Notes: generated by a model from the sequence alone, not told the origin. Counted from the first letter of the stretch, positions 17,965 to 28,398 are shown. The stretch: 64,000 nt of DNA from Candidatus Obscuribacterales bacterium (GCA_965228855.1 CBDDIJ010000003.1:1952001-2016000), one strand, 5' to 3'. A program made the numbers and translations.

Positions 17965-19764
17965 ATGCTCACCCTCAAGGCGAATCGGCGCGCTTTCTGT
18001 TTCCAATCACTAATGAAAGCGCCTCACATGACAGTAACAACGAACACCGCTGACGATACCACAATGCTTAGAACCAGAGGCGGCTGGAGCGCTGTCGACC
18101 TCTCCTACATTCGCGTTCACGGTCCTGATGCAAGACGATACTTGCAGGCGCAGACGACTAACGACTTGAACAGTCTTAAGGAGTGGGGCTCGCAGAATAG
18201 CAGCCTCATAGATCGCAAAGCACGCCCCGTAGGCTGCTACAAACTGTTCAATCTGGGCAACGAATTCGTCATCATATGTGATACCAACCAGGCAAACGCA
18301 ATTCTCGAGCATTTAGAGAAGTATAAATTTGCAGACAAAGTCAACTTCGATTTGGTTTCAGACCCGAAGTTTCTGACAGTTCAGGGACGAGCAAGCAGAG
18401 CCGTTCTGGACTCATGCCTGACCGTCGACGATGGGGAAAGTAAACGCGATCTGTTTAACAGAGACTACTACGCTGGAAAAATCGCAAATTCGCAGATCGA
18501 AGTTTTTCGATACAGCCTGACAGGCGAGGAAGGTTTTCTCGTAAAAATTGAGGAGAAGAATTATGCTGCCGTTCATGATGCCCTTGCCGCAGCCGCAGCC
18601 AAATTCGAAATAAAACCACTCACGCAGTCAGTTCTAGAGTGCGCACGCATAGAAGCAGGTCTGTCGAAACTGGGGACAGACTTCAGCAGTGAAAACCTTC
18701 TGGCAGAAACAAATCTGGATGAGTCGACAGTAAGCTACAACAAAGGCTGCTTTCAGGGGCAGGAAGTTCTGGCGCGCATTAAAGGACAGGGCTCTCCGAG
18801 CCGTTCCATAGTCGGTCTGATTCTAGAGCCACCACCGGCGACACCGTTTTCATTTGACACCCCAATAGAACTGGGTAAGGAAATAATCGGCTGGATCAAG
18901 TCGAATTGTTATTCTGAATTCTTGAAGCGGTATATCGCCATCGCCATGCTCAAACGTGACTATCGCACACCAGGCAAGAGTTTCCAAACCGTAATCGACG
19001 GCAAGGAATTGACGGTCAGGGTTGAAACATTGCCGTTTTTCACCGCGGAGTCACCATCTGTAGTAGCACGACAGCTGTACGAACAGGCGTTATCTGTTTT
19101 CGCAGAAGAAGATGAGACAAAAACAGAAACACAGGATTGGCAGTCAATAAAGCTCTTGCGCGAAGCGGTCCTTCTGGACCCGCTATTCGAAGACGCATAC
19201 GAGTCCCTGGGCGTAATTTTGAACCGGCGCGGAGCTACAGACGAAGCCATCGAAGTTATGCTTCACCTGGCGAAACTCAATCCTGACTCGGCAATGGCAC
19301 ACACTAACCTGTCAGTGTTCTACGTGGAGAAAGGGTGGAAAGAGAAAGCCGAAGAGGAGATGGCAATTTCTATGAGCATCCGCATGAGAGAGGCGGCCGC
19401 GCAATTCTCGAAAGACAAGGAGGCCGAGGAAGAACGCAAAAAACAACAGGCGGAGACAATACAACGCATGTCGATGTTCGAACAAGTGTTGGAAATAGAT
19501 CCGGAGGACCAACTTGCGAATTACGGATACGGAGATTGCCTCGTCGCTCTCGACCGGTTTGAAGAAGCCGTTCCTCATCTTGAAAAAGCCATCCGATTGA
19601 AACCGTCGCATAGCGTCGCATACGTTTCCCTCGGAAAAGCTTACGAAGGTCTCAACCGCATAGATGATGCGAAAGCGACCTACATAGCAGGAATCGATGC
19701 AGCAGCTAAACGCGGGGACGGTGAGCCCATGAAGAAGATGAAAGACAGGCTCAACCAACTTTAG
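17965..19764 (+). CDS. ygfZ: YgfZ/Iba57 folate-binding Fe-S repair protein fused to C-terminal TPR domains
   Basis: GPDA--YLQ---TND, RIEAG, KGCFQGQEV-AR signature; TPRs after about residue 370. Start may be at 18013 or 18028. Confidence 0.88.
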   Translation: MLTLKANRRAFCFQSLMKAPHMTVTTNTADDTTMLRTRGGWSAVDLSYIRVHGPDARRYLQAQTTNDLNSLKEWGSQNSSLIDRKARPVGCYKLFNLGNEFVIICDTNQANAILEHLEKYKFADKVNFDLVSDPKFLTVQGRASRAVLDSCLTVDDGESKRDLFNRDYYAGKIANSQIEVFRYSLTGEEGFLVKIEEKNYAAVHDALAAAAAKFEIKPLTQSVLECARIEAGLSKLGTDFSSENLLAETNLDESTVSYNKGCFQGQEVLARIKGQGSPSRSIVGLILEPPPATPFSFDTPIELGKEIIGWIKSNCYSEFLKRYIAIAMLKRDYRTPGKSFQTVIDGKELTVRVETLPFFTAESPSVVARQLYEQALSVFAEEDETKTETQDWQSIKLLREAVLLDPLFEDAYESLGVILNRRGATDEAIEVMLHLAKLNPDSAMAHTNLSVFYVEKGWKEKAEEEMAISMSIRMREAAAQFSKDKEAEEERKKQQAETIQRMSMFEQVLEIDPEDQLANYGYGDCLVALDRFEEAVPHLEKAIRLKPSHSVAYVSLGKAYEGLNRIDDAKATYIAGIDAAAKRGDGEPMKKMKDRLNQL

Positions 19765-19942
19765 TCGTTTGCCGCCATTTAATTCTATCGACTACGTATT
19801 TTTCCCACTGACAGCGCAATCATTCCAGGCGACAATATCAAAACTTATAGCTGGGAAATTTCTCATTACCATTACCCAGCGTGCATCGCTGCACTGATAA
19901 CTAAACATAATCGCGTTCCGCGCGAACCACGAGGGTTTTGCC

Positions 19943-20833
19943 ATGCCAAACCAGGGTGACGGTGTCCAGGAGAAGGGTAAGACGATTGCGGCGGCTTTCG
20001 AAAAAGGCGTAGCCGATCCGAATCACGACATGAGACCCGCAATTCAAGCATTGCAGGATGCCGCGCGAGGCAACCCGCAGGAGTTTAAGCAGACAATTGC
20101 CGTAGCGAACCAATTGCTCGATAACAGCGCAAATCCGAACGTCAAAAAGTTTTTCGGCAACATGGACTTGATCGAAGGCACCGACAGTAAAGGTCTGCGA
20201 TTACAGCGCAGAGACGGCGCTCAGTTCGTCATGAGTGACAATGGAAAAGCTACCCAGGTCGGCACCGGCGCGAGCATGGATGCCACGCACAAAGACGCTC
20301 AGGGCAACCGAGTCGAGAAGGGCACTACCGCAGATGGTCTCACGAAAGAGCGTATTACGAGTGCCGACGGCAGCGCGAGCGTTGAGAAGTATACGGACAA
20401 ACAAGGACAGCACTGGGAGATCGAAAAGCACAAGCAGGCAGACGGCACCTTGAGACCTACGAAAGTCACGCTGCCCGACGGATCTACGATGAAATTCGAA
20501 TGGAATAGAGAAAGTGGAACTTCGGGAACGCTTTATCCCACCAGAATGACGGAATTGAATGCCGGTGGAAGGGTCGTTCGTGATTATCAAATGCAACCGT
20601 TGAAGAGCGTCGAGGGACGCTACGACACGTCCGCTTGGGAGCGCAAAGCAGGCAGCGAGCCGGCAGATAAGGAATTTCGCGGTACTTTGAACGTGGATTC
20701 CAACGGCAATACGAATTTTACGTTCCGAAACCCACTTCTCATCGAAAAGATCAACGCTGATGGCAATACCAGCAAGAATGGAGTGGACAAAAATCTGAAA
20801 CGAATTGAAGAGCACCACCGCCGGACTCGGTAA
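19943..20833 (+). CDS. Hypothetical protein with beta-hairpin (DG-turn) repeats, no signal peptide
   Basis: GAGG RBS; repeated T-x-DG, D-x-QG and LPDGS turns. Confidence 0.7.
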   Translation: MPNQGDGVQEKGKTIAAAFEKGVADPNHDMRPAIQALQDAARGNPQEFKQTIAVANQLLDNSANPNVKKFFGNMDLIEGTDSKGLRLQRRDGAQFVMSDNGKATQVGTGASMDATHKDAQGNRVEKGTTADGLTKERITSADGSASVEKYTDKQGQHWEIEKHKQADGTLRPTKVTLPDGSTMKFEWNRESGTSGTLYPTRMTELNAGGRVVRDYQMQPLKSVEGRYDTSAWERKAGSEPADKEFRGTLNVDSNGNTNFTFRNPLLIEKINADGNTSKNGVDKNLKRIEEHHRRTR

Positions 20834-20937
20834 GCCAAGAACGGTCTTTGGAACGTGAATAGATGATAAACGTTGGAGATTCTCGCTGATCTCCGGCGTT
20901 TAATGGGTAAATAGACTAAGATCGAGATACCACCGAG

Positions 20938-21615
20938 GTGTCCTTGATGACAATGATTCGGACATTGAAACTTTCCGCGTTGAACGCGGCATCTATTGCG
21001 GTCGCGTTTGTTTCGACAAACGTGATACTGCAGCCGGCTTCAGCGGCTCTTACTGAAAGCACTACGGCGCAAGTAGAGAAAACATCGTCACTGCCGAGCG
21101 GAAGTCTGGTCAATGCGACCAAAGAATCGCCACCTACAATGGCTGATCCAATGGCCGATATTCCGGCAGAAACACCGGTAGTTGAACCAACTGTTGTGAA
21201 ACCGCTTCCAGCGGCGAGTACAACCGGACCAGCCAAGGCTGCGGTGAAAACACCGGCTAAGCCAGTTTCACAACTAGACCAGCTCAAGACCCTTTACAGA
21301 GCAGGAAAGTATCGCGATGCGCTTGCCTTAATCGCGAAGATGAAACAGTCCGAACTGACGCATTATTACACTGGTCTCTGTTATCAGGGACAGGGACAGC
21401 TAGCTCAGGCTGCGCAGGAGTTCAGCTTCACAGCATCGATTGCCAGAGATCCGCAACTCAAATACAACGCCCAGGTGGCGCAGCGTGCGGTGGCAGCTTA
21501 TGCAAGCAACAGAACGTACAAAGGACAGGGTAACTTCTTCGCAAAGACAGTGTCCGTTCCTAGACCGAGTGGTAGCGCCAGTGGTGCCGGTAGCTGCGGC
21601 CCACGACGTGCGTGA
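20938..21615 (+). CDS. Secreted protein with Pro/Thr-rich linker and a TPR-like hairpin
   Basis: Signal peptide (ASA-A), THYYTGLCYQGQG---QA; GAGG just upstream of alternative starts near 20944-20953. Confidence 0.65.
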   Translation: MSLMTMIRTLKLSALNAASIAVAFVSTNVILQPASAALTESTTAQVEKTSSLPSGSLVNATKESPPTMADPMADIPAETPVVEPTVVKPLPAASTTGPAKAAVKTPAKPVSQLDQLKTLYRAGKYRDALALIAKMKQSELTHYYTGLCYQGQGQLAQAAQEFSFTASIARDPQLKYNAQVAQRAVAAYASNRTYKGQGNFFAKTVSVPRPSGSASGAGSCGPRRA

Positions 21616-21692
21616 GGAAGATAACTCAGAAGATCAGGTTGGTCTTCAAAATCTCTGAAAGTGACTCTAAAACCGAAATTCTCAATCAAGTA

Positions 21693-21722
21693 TTGACACA
21701 GCTTCGCTCAAAGCGCTATTAA
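21693..21722 (+). promoter_or_regulatory. Sigma70-like promoter
   Basis: TTGACA-N18-TATTAA about 40 nt upstream of ATG 21764. Confidence 0.5.
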
Positions 21723-21763
21723 AGGTCAATCTAGTCTTCTCCGGGAAATTATCAGGAACAGAT

Positions 21764-22546
21764 ATGCGTAACCACCTCATCATCTCGTTGCTCGCAGTCT
21801 TTGCACTTTGCGGTTGCGACAACCCGGAAGACTTCAGTCATCCGGAGAATCCAAAGAAGCCTGGAGAGATTACGGTGAAACCGACTTCGCCTTCACCAGC
21901 CAATGATGCATCTCAAGCGCCTGCGCCGGTAACGCCACTTCCGGAAGATAGTCCGGGTCCAAGAGACACTTCGGGAGTGAAAACCGGCGATGCTGAAATT
22001 GCCGGTGAGTTTGATAGCGTTAATTCGTCCGCATCATTGGAAACCGAGATAACGATAGGATCTCCTGCAAAGGTGACAATCGAGGCTAGCGAAAAGAGTT
22101 TCAACGATATAAAGCTCGAAGTTAAAGACACCACCCTTAATATCACGACAACGCCCGGTTTTAATGCGACGGTCGCCAAGATAAATATCACGGCGCCAAA
22201 AATCACGAACATAACAACCTCCGGCGCGGCTCTTGTGAAGTTGATTGGCGCTAACGGGCCGACGTTGAATATAAGTGCAAATGACAATAGTTCGGTAGAT
22301 GGTTACGGTGCCGTAGACAGTATCAATGTCACCGCTAACGGTGCTTGCTGCGTGCGAATGAAAGGTTTAGTCGCCAAGGTCGGCAATGTGACCAGCAACG
22401 GCAAATGCGCGGTCGAGGTGAAGACGACCGAAGAAATCAACGCGACATCAAGCGATGGTTCAGTTATCAACGTGGCTGGGCTGCCTCGCAAAGTCAACAA
22501 GCACAAAACCGATCGAAGCTTTATCAACCTCAACAACGAAAGATAG
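21764..22546 (+). CDS. Lipoprotein with GIN/DUF2807-like beta-solenoid
   Basis: Lipobox LCGC, Pro-rich linker, repeats of I-x-x-SG/A-x-G-x-x-x-V, A--L-AK---V. Confidence 0.7.
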   Translation: MRNHLIISLLAVFALCGCDNPEDFSHPENPKKPGEITVKPTSPSPANDASQAPAPVTPLPEDSPGPRDTSGVKTGDAEIAGEFDSVNSSASLETEITIGSPAKVTIEASEKSFNDIKLEVKDTTLNITTTPGFNATVAKINITAPKITNITTSGAALVKLIGANGPTLNISANDNSSVDGYGAVDSINVTANGACCVRMKGLVAKVGNVTSNGKCAVEVKTTEEINATSSDGSVINVAGLPRKVNKHKTDRSFINLNNER

Positions 22547-22596
22547 GTAAGGGTATCGATACTGGTATCGAAGAAACGACTGCGCTGAACGAGAAC

Positions 22597-23637
22597 TTAG
22601 TTGGTGGTCTGACCTGGAGTAGCCGCGACCTGGGCTGGGTCTTCCACTCGGAACCCCTGGGTGCCGTTGCGCGCATTCAAAATTGCCGCCATTTTCGAAA
22701 CATCACCAAGGATTCGACGTTCTCTGACGCCGCTGTTGGCTTGACGCAAATCAGTCATCAGATCGTTATGCATCAAAATGCTGTGGACAGAGATTTCACT
22801 AATTGCCAGATGCGAATTCTCGACAACCTTGAATCCGCGCCTGGCAAGCCCATCTTTGGGACGCAGGTCTCGGCGTGACAGCTTCTTCTCACCGGCGACG
22901 ATTTCAGAGCCAGCAGCCAGAGCCAGAATTACCGGCTTATCGAACAAACCTTTTCGGTCGAACTTAGCTTTTATAGTTTTGCCGGTTCCATCCAGATTGG
23001 CGACACGCAAAACTCCCTTCTCGAGCCGCGCGAGGACGTCCCCATTGGACGCAATGGCGACCGTGCCGAAAGACGTTTTGATAACGGCTTGCTTTGATGG
23101 TTTTTTGACCGACACTAAAATCTCGCCGTGATCGAATTTCACTATGTACTCGTTCTGCTTGTTGAACCGCGAACCCTCGATCCACTTCACCGTGATGCCC
23201 GAGGTCGGTCCGCCCAATTCGTCGTCCTGAGGAAACTCCATGCTTTTGAGCATGACCGCCCCGTCGAGAGCTTTTTGATTGAACACTAAGTCCAATGGCG
23301 ACGTATTTCCGGGGAACGAATTGAGATTGCTCTGCAGGTCGGTCTGCACTAAAACAGGATTGAAAAACGGCCGGGCAGGAGTTACTACGACCGGTTTCGA
23401 CTCTGGCTGCGGCGGCGGTGTCACCACCGGGGGCGGAAAGAAAACCGGATGATTTCGTCCCTCGCCACCACCTCGTGGACCGCCTCCTTCGTAGCCTCCC
23501 TCACCGCCCTGTGGTTGAGCATTCGCACAAAGGGGGGTGAAAGACAAGACGAAAACAGCGAGCGAGACGCCTAGCGTTCGGCTGACAAGGTAATCTGATG
23601 AAGCGCGGCTCATTGAACCAATTCTCCGTTGTGACAC
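22597..23637 (-). CDS. Secreted hypothetical protein with possible FecR-like beta domain
   Basis: Signal-like hydrophobic stretch (ANA-QP), Gly/Pro-rich linker, F-HGEILV...IKT-FG-V pattern. Confidence 0.55.
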   Translation of the reverse strand: MSQRRIGSMSRASSDYLVSRTLGVSLAVFVLSFTPLCANAQPQGGEGGYEGGGPRGGGEGRNHPVFFPPPVVTPPPQPESKPVVVTPARPFFNPVLVQTDLQSNLNSFPGNTSPLDLVFNQKALDGAVMLKSMEFPQDDELGGPTSGITVKWIEGSRFNKQNEYIVKFDHGEILVSVKKPSKQAVIKTSFGTVAIASNGDVLARLEKGVLRVANLDGTGKTIKAKFDRKGLFDKPVILALAAGSEIVAGEKKLSRRDLRPKDGLARRGFKVVENSHLAISEISVHSILMHNDLMTDLRQANSGVRERRILGDVSKMAAILNARNGTQGFRVEDPAQVAATPGQTTN

Positions 23638-23798
23638 CGTCCGGAGTTCCCAATCGACGTAATTGTCGAAACCGTCCGAGTTTACCAGCTATTTGCAAGC
23701 TAAAATCAGCGATTGAAAAATTGCAACATTAAGAGGAGCCAATGAAAGCCGGTTACCGCACCGGATGTGGTGACAAGCAACCTCGAAAAGTGGCACAA

Positions 23799-24458
23799 CT
23801 ACTCACCGGCAAGCTGCCTGACGCGCATGGAAAACATCCCATTAGACTCACGATAAAGAACTTTTCCTCTATCGTCGAGATAAACGAAAGTAGGGTAACG
23901 ATCAACACCGTATTGATCAGCAAGACCTTTATTGCGCTCAGCATTCACACGCTCAAAGTCCATTTTGTCACGGTATTTCGCAGCTGTGCTCTCGAACTGC
24001 GGGACAAAAGCGTGGCAAGCCACGCACCAATCGGTTTCAAACATAATCACCTTGCAGCGACCATACTTCTTCGGCAGAGAAGCCGTCTCCGAAGCGGGCT
24101 CAGGGACGGGCGTCTTCGCGGCGGAATTGGAGCCGCTTGACGCGGGGAGCGAATTCAACGCAGCCTTAGCACGAGTTCGCTGCGACGCGTCTTTTGAACT
24201 GCTCACCACGTACTGGAAATGCTGACGTGCCGGGCCAAAATGTTTCAGGCTTTGATAGCAAAATCCGAGATACAGGTGAGCAGTCGCATCATAGGGCTTC
24301 TCGACTATAGCCTTCTCAAAATGGGAAAGCGCCTGTCGCAGATCTCCTTTGTTGTATGCTGCGACCCCTTGAGTCAGCGCTGTCGAATCGGCGAAACACG
24401 GGGGAAACGTGAATAACGTCGCCAGTGCGAAAACCTGACAAATGGTCCTGCCGCTCAT
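23799..24458 (-). CDS. Secreted TPR-thioredoxin fusion
   Basis: Signal peptide, TPR (AHLYLGFCYQ), FETDWCVAC, YGVDRYPT cis-Pro loop. Start moved to ATG 24458, 11 nt past the ileS stop. Confidence 0.85.
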   Translation of the reverse strand: MSGRTICQVFALATLFTFPPCFADSTALTQGVAAYNKGDLRQALSHFEKAIVEKPYDATAHLYLGFCYQSLKHFGPARQHFQYVVSSSKDASQRTRAKAALNSLPASSGSNSAAKTPVPEPASETASLPKKYGRCKVIMFETDWCVACHAFVPQFESTAAKYRDKMDFERVNAERNKGLADQYGVDRYPTFVYLDDRGKVLYRESNGMFSMRVRQLAGE

Positions 24459-24469
24459 TATCTTGCCAC

Positions 24470-27319
24470 CTAAGTGCCGGCGCCGATGGTCTCCAGGAGC
24501 GCATCTGTGCAACTATCACAAAGATCAGGATATTTCTGGTGCACACCAATCTTCGTTGAATACTTCCAGCAACGAGCACACTTTTCGCCGTCGGCTTTAA
24601 GCACTCGAACTCGAATGCCATTCTCATTCAACTCAGAAAGAAGCTCATCATCACTCGCTTTACCATTGGTCGCCTCGGCGACTTTAGCTTGCGATACGAT
24701 AAAGAAACCGGGAAGCTCTTCGCCTAACGAAGAAACTTTCGACTGCAGGGCAGCATCATCGAATTGCAAAACAACTTGCGCTTCCAATGACTTCCCGATC
24801 TTGCGACCGGCTCGAGCCTCTTCCAGAGCCTTGTTCACGGCGTAGCGCACATCGATGAGTTCACTCCAGAATGTCGTGAGTTCGTCGTTGACGAACTTAC
24901 TGTCTCTTGTCGGGAAATCTGTGAGGAGAACGCTCTCTTCATTCGCTCCGGCTTTCTTGATAGCTTCCGGCGTGAACTGCCAGATGTCCTCGGCGAGGTG
25001 CGGCGTGACTGGAACCAGAAGGCGCACAAGCACCTTCAAGATCTCGTTTAACGCAGTTTGAACGGCACGGCGACTCTCTGACTTTTGACCAGCAGTGTAG
25101 AGTCTGTCCTTCACGATGTCGAAGTAGAAGGATGAGAGATCGACGACGCAGAAGTTTTGAAGTACTTGATAGTACTTGAAGAACTCGTATTTGTCGAAGT
25201 CTTGAGTGACTTCGCTAACGACTTGCTGCAAGCGATGAAGCACGTATTGATCCAGCTTCGACAGTTTTTCATATGGAACAGAATCGGTAGCCGGGTTGAA
25301 GTCGTGCAAATTACCCAGCAGATAGCGCGCTGTGTTTCTAAGTTTGCGGTAAACGTCAGCCAGCTGCGCAAGCATGTTTTTGCCGATCGGAATATCGTCG
25401 GTGTAGTTGACGGAAGCAACCCAGAGGCGGAGTACGTCGGCACCGTATTGTTTGATTACTTCGTCCGGATCGACGACGTTGCCAACCGACTTGGACATTT
25501 TTCGACCGTTTTCATCGACGACGAAACCGTGAGTGAGAACCTCTTTGTACGGCGCTCTGCCGTGAACAGCTACGCTCGTGAGCAATGATGATTGGAACCA
25601 TCCGCGGTGCTGGTCACTGCCTTCGAGATACATCTCGCAAGGAGTTCCTCTGAGTTCAGGACGAGCATCGAGAACGGAAGCATGCGTAACACCGGAGTCA
25701 AACCAGACGTCCATAGTGTCGGTTTCTTTCTTGAACTCGGTGCCGCCACATTCGCACTTCGTATCGCCGAGGAAATCTTTGACGTCGCGTTTCCACCAGG
25801 AGTCAGAGCCTTCCGTTTTGAAGATCTCAGCGACCTTACTGATGCTTTCAGGCGTGATCAGCGGCTTATCGCAGGCTTTGCAATAGAATACCGGAATCGG
25901 CACGCCCCAGGTTCGCTGACGGCTGATGCACCAGTCTGAACGATTTTCGACCATCGTGTAGATACGGTTACGACCGGATGCCGGGTGCCATTTGACTTCA
26001 TCGATCGCCTTCAACGCAGCCGCTCGGAAACCATCCACGGATGCAAACCATTGTTCGGTGGCTCTATATATGAGAGGCTTCTTGCACCGCCAGCAGTGCG
26101 GATAACTGTGCGCATATTTCGAATGCGCCATCAGTTTGCCGATTTCTCTAAGGAACTCAACGATTTCAGGATTGGACTTGTCGTAACGATTTCCGGCAAA
26201 TTTGCCGGCGTCGGCAGTAAAGATTCCGCGCTCATCGACAGGAGAGACGACGCCGAGATTGTACTGGGCTCCGATGACAAAGTCCTCGGGACCATGCCCA
26301 GGCGCCGTGTGAACGACTCCGGTACCGACTTCCGTGGTAACGTGCTCACCGACGATCACGCGACTGAAGCGATCGAGAAACGGATGTTTGGTTTCGATTA
26401 ACTCAAGAGACTTACCGGAAGCGTTACCGAGAATTTTAACGTCACCATCGGCGATACCAACGGCAGCCAGAAACGCGTCCTTGAGTTCATCGACTACTAC
26501 CACGACACCATCATTCGGTGTTTTGACGAATAAGTAGTTGAACTTGGGATGCAGAGCCACGCCGAGGTTTCCAGGCAAGGTCCAGGGCGTCGTCGTCCAT
26601 ATGACGAAGTTGACGGTTTCATCAGCAGGAACGAAGCTTGGGAGCTTGCTTCGACTGCCTGGTTCTACTTCGAACTTGACGTAGATTGAATGTGATTCGT
26701 GATCCGCGTATTCAACTTCGGCTTCTGCCAGAGCGGTTTCGCAATTTGGGCACCACTGAACGGCTTTCAGTCCCTTGTAGAGATAGCCCTTCTCAGCCAT
26801 CTTTCCGAAGATTTTGATTTGGGTAGACTCGAATTCCGGCTTCAAAGTCACATATGGATTCGCCCAATCGCCCCAGATGCCGAGCCTTCGGAAGTTCGCT
26901 TCCTGACCCTTGAGATTGTTCAGAGCAAAATCGCGGCAACGCTCGCGCAACTCAATCTCAGTCAAGGAGCGGCGTCCACCTTTGACGTCCTTGACGACAG
27001 CGGTTTCGATCGGCAAACCGTGACTGTCGTAGCCCGGAACGTACGGCGCGTAGAACCCTCGCTGCGCTTTGTACTTCGTGATGATGTCCTTGAGAATTTT
27101 GTTTAGCGCAGTTCCAATGTGGATCTTGCTTGAGCTCAAGTATGGAGGTCCGTCGTGGAGAACGAACTTGTCTTTCTTTTCGCGATTGGCAAGACTCTTT
27201 TCGTAAATCTTGTTGTCATCCCAGCTCTTTTGAAACTCGACTTCACGCGTGAAGCTGTTGGCTTTCATTGGAAAGTCGGTGACTGGCAGATTTAGAGGAT
27301 ACTTGCTCTTCTCACTCAT
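24470..27319 (-). CDS. ileS: Isoleucine-tRNA ligase (type 1)
   Basis: LHDGPPY, HIGT, WTTTPWTLP, DWCISRQR-WG, EGSDQHRGWF, KMSKS, C-terminal C-RCW...C--C. Start at ATG 27319. Confidence 0.98.
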   Translation of the reverse strand: MSEKSKYPLNLPVTDFPMKANSFTREVEFQKSWDDNKIYEKSLANREKKDKFVLHDGPPYLSSSKIHIGTALNKILKDIITKYKAQRGFYAPYVPGYDSHGLPIETAVVKDVKGGRRSLTEIELRERCRDFALNNLKGQEANFRRLGIWGDWANPYVTLKPEFESTQIKIFGKMAEKGYLYKGLKAVQWCPNCETALAEAEVEYADHESHSIYVKFEVEPGSRSKLPSFVPADETVNFVIWTTTPWTLPGNLGVALHPKFNYLFVKTPNDGVVVVVDELKDAFLAAVGIADGDVKILGNASGKSLELIETKHPFLDRFSRVIVGEHVTTEVGTGVVHTAPGHGPEDFVIGAQYNLGVVSPVDERGIFTADAGKFAGNRYDKSNPEIVEFLREIGKLMAHSKYAHSYPHCWRCKKPLIYRATEQWFASVDGFRAAALKAIDEVKWHPASGRNRIYTMVENRSDWCISRQRTWGVPIPVFYCKACDKPLITPESISKVAEIFKTEGSDSWWKRDVKDFLGDTKCECGGTEFKKETDTMDVWFDSGVTHASVLDARPELRGTPCEMYLEGSDQHRGWFQSSLLTSVAVHGRAPYKEVLTHGFVVDENGRKMSKSVGNVVDPDEVIKQYGADVLRLWVASVNYTDDIPIGKNMLAQLADVYRKLRNTARYLLGNLHDFNPATDSVPYEKLSKLDQYVLHRLQQVVSEVTQDFDKYEFFKYYQVLQNFCVVDLSSFYFDIVKDRLYTAGQKSESRRAVQTALNEILKVLVRLLVPVTPHLAEDIWQFTPEAIKKAGANEESVLLTDFPTRDSKFVNDELTTFWSELIDVRYAVNKALEEARAGRKIGKSLEAQVVLQFDDAALQSKVSSLGEELPGFFIVSQAKVAEATNGKASDDELLSELNENGIRVRVLKADGEKCARCWKYSTKIGVHQKYPDLCDSCTDALLETIGAGT

Positions 27320-27506
27320 TACTTTGAACTCCGAATCGAATATACCGATGCCAGGGCAACGGCACACTTGTTATGCACAAACAGATATTATTACACTGCA
27401 TATGCAATTATGTGGTTCTAATTAAGAAGCGTACCGAAAACCGACTAAGATATCGGCTTGCGTTTTCACTGCAAAACCGGCTGGAGCTTAGCTCAAGCCC
27501 GAAAGG

Positions 27507-28313
27507 ATGGAGATTTTGAAGAACGAGAAGCATGTAGCGTTCCGCGCGGCACTGGAGGCTGGTGGGCTTATCAAGGAGCGGATGGGGCAGATCGCCTCGA
27601 TCGACTACAAAAGTGCATTCAACCTCGTCACTGATGTAGACAAGGCTTCAGAGAATCTTATTCTCGAAATCATTAAAACCGAATATCCTGGAGACGCAAT
27701 ACTGGCGGAGGAAAGCGGCGCTTCTAAAACAGGGCAAAAGCGTCGATGGCTTATCGATCCGCTTGATGGCACAACGAATTACGCGCACTCTTATCCATTC
27801 TTCTGTGTATCAATTGGTCTCGAAGAAGACGGAGAGATTGTTCTGGGCGTAATATACGATCCTGTAAAAGACGAGATGTTCTACGCCACCAAAGGCGGCG
27901 GTGCGTTTTTAAACGATGAGCGCATCAAGGTTTCTTCCGTAGATAAACTGGCAAACAGCCTTCTAGTCACAGGTTTTCCACCTGACACTCGCGGAACAGA
28001 ATTGAACAATATGGTGGAATTCACGACTCTCACGAATATGTCGCATGGTGTCCGCAGAGACGGCAGCGCCGCCCTCGACCTCTCATATGTTGCAGCCGGA
28101 AGACTGGATGGCTTTTGGGAAAAGAAACTGGCAGCCTGGGATGTGGGCGCCGGCAGCCTGATTGTGGAAGAAGCAGGCGGCAGGGTAACAGACCTCGACG
28201 GAAACAAACTGGACGTTGATAAAGGTTGGATACTTGCCACCAACGGTTTGATACACGACGAAGTTTTGAAGGTCTATTCAGATTTACAGCTATCGAAAAC
28301 CGCGACTGGCTAG
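27507..28313 (+). CDS. suhB: Inositol monophosphatase family protein
   Basis: LVT-VD, AEE, WLIDPLDGTTNY, RR-GSAALD, WD--AG-LIV-EAGG. Confidence 0.92.
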   Translation: MEILKNEKHVAFRAALEAGGLIKERMGQIASIDYKSAFNLVTDVDKASENLILEIIKTEYPGDAILAEESGASKTGQKRRWLIDPLDGTTNYAHSYPFFCVSIGLEEDGEIVLGVIYDPVKDEMFYATKGGGAFLNDERIKVSSVDKLANSLLVTGFPPDTRGTELNNMVEFTTLTNMSHGVRRDGSAALDLSYVAAGRLDGFWEKKLAAWDVGAGSLIVEEAGGRVTDLDGNKLDVDKGWILATNGLIHDEVLKVYSDLQLSKTATG

Positions 28314-28398
28314 GCAACAAACTGACCGGTTCGAATATCGGATGCAATACAACGCGATTGCAGTTCCGCTTCGAGTTCGAGGCGCACCAGCGGCCGCC

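Noticed and set aside
19821..19850. TCCA...ATAG upstream of the 19943 ORF as another copy of the shared motif
   Set aside because: Spacer is 19 rather than 17 nt and the flanks do not match.
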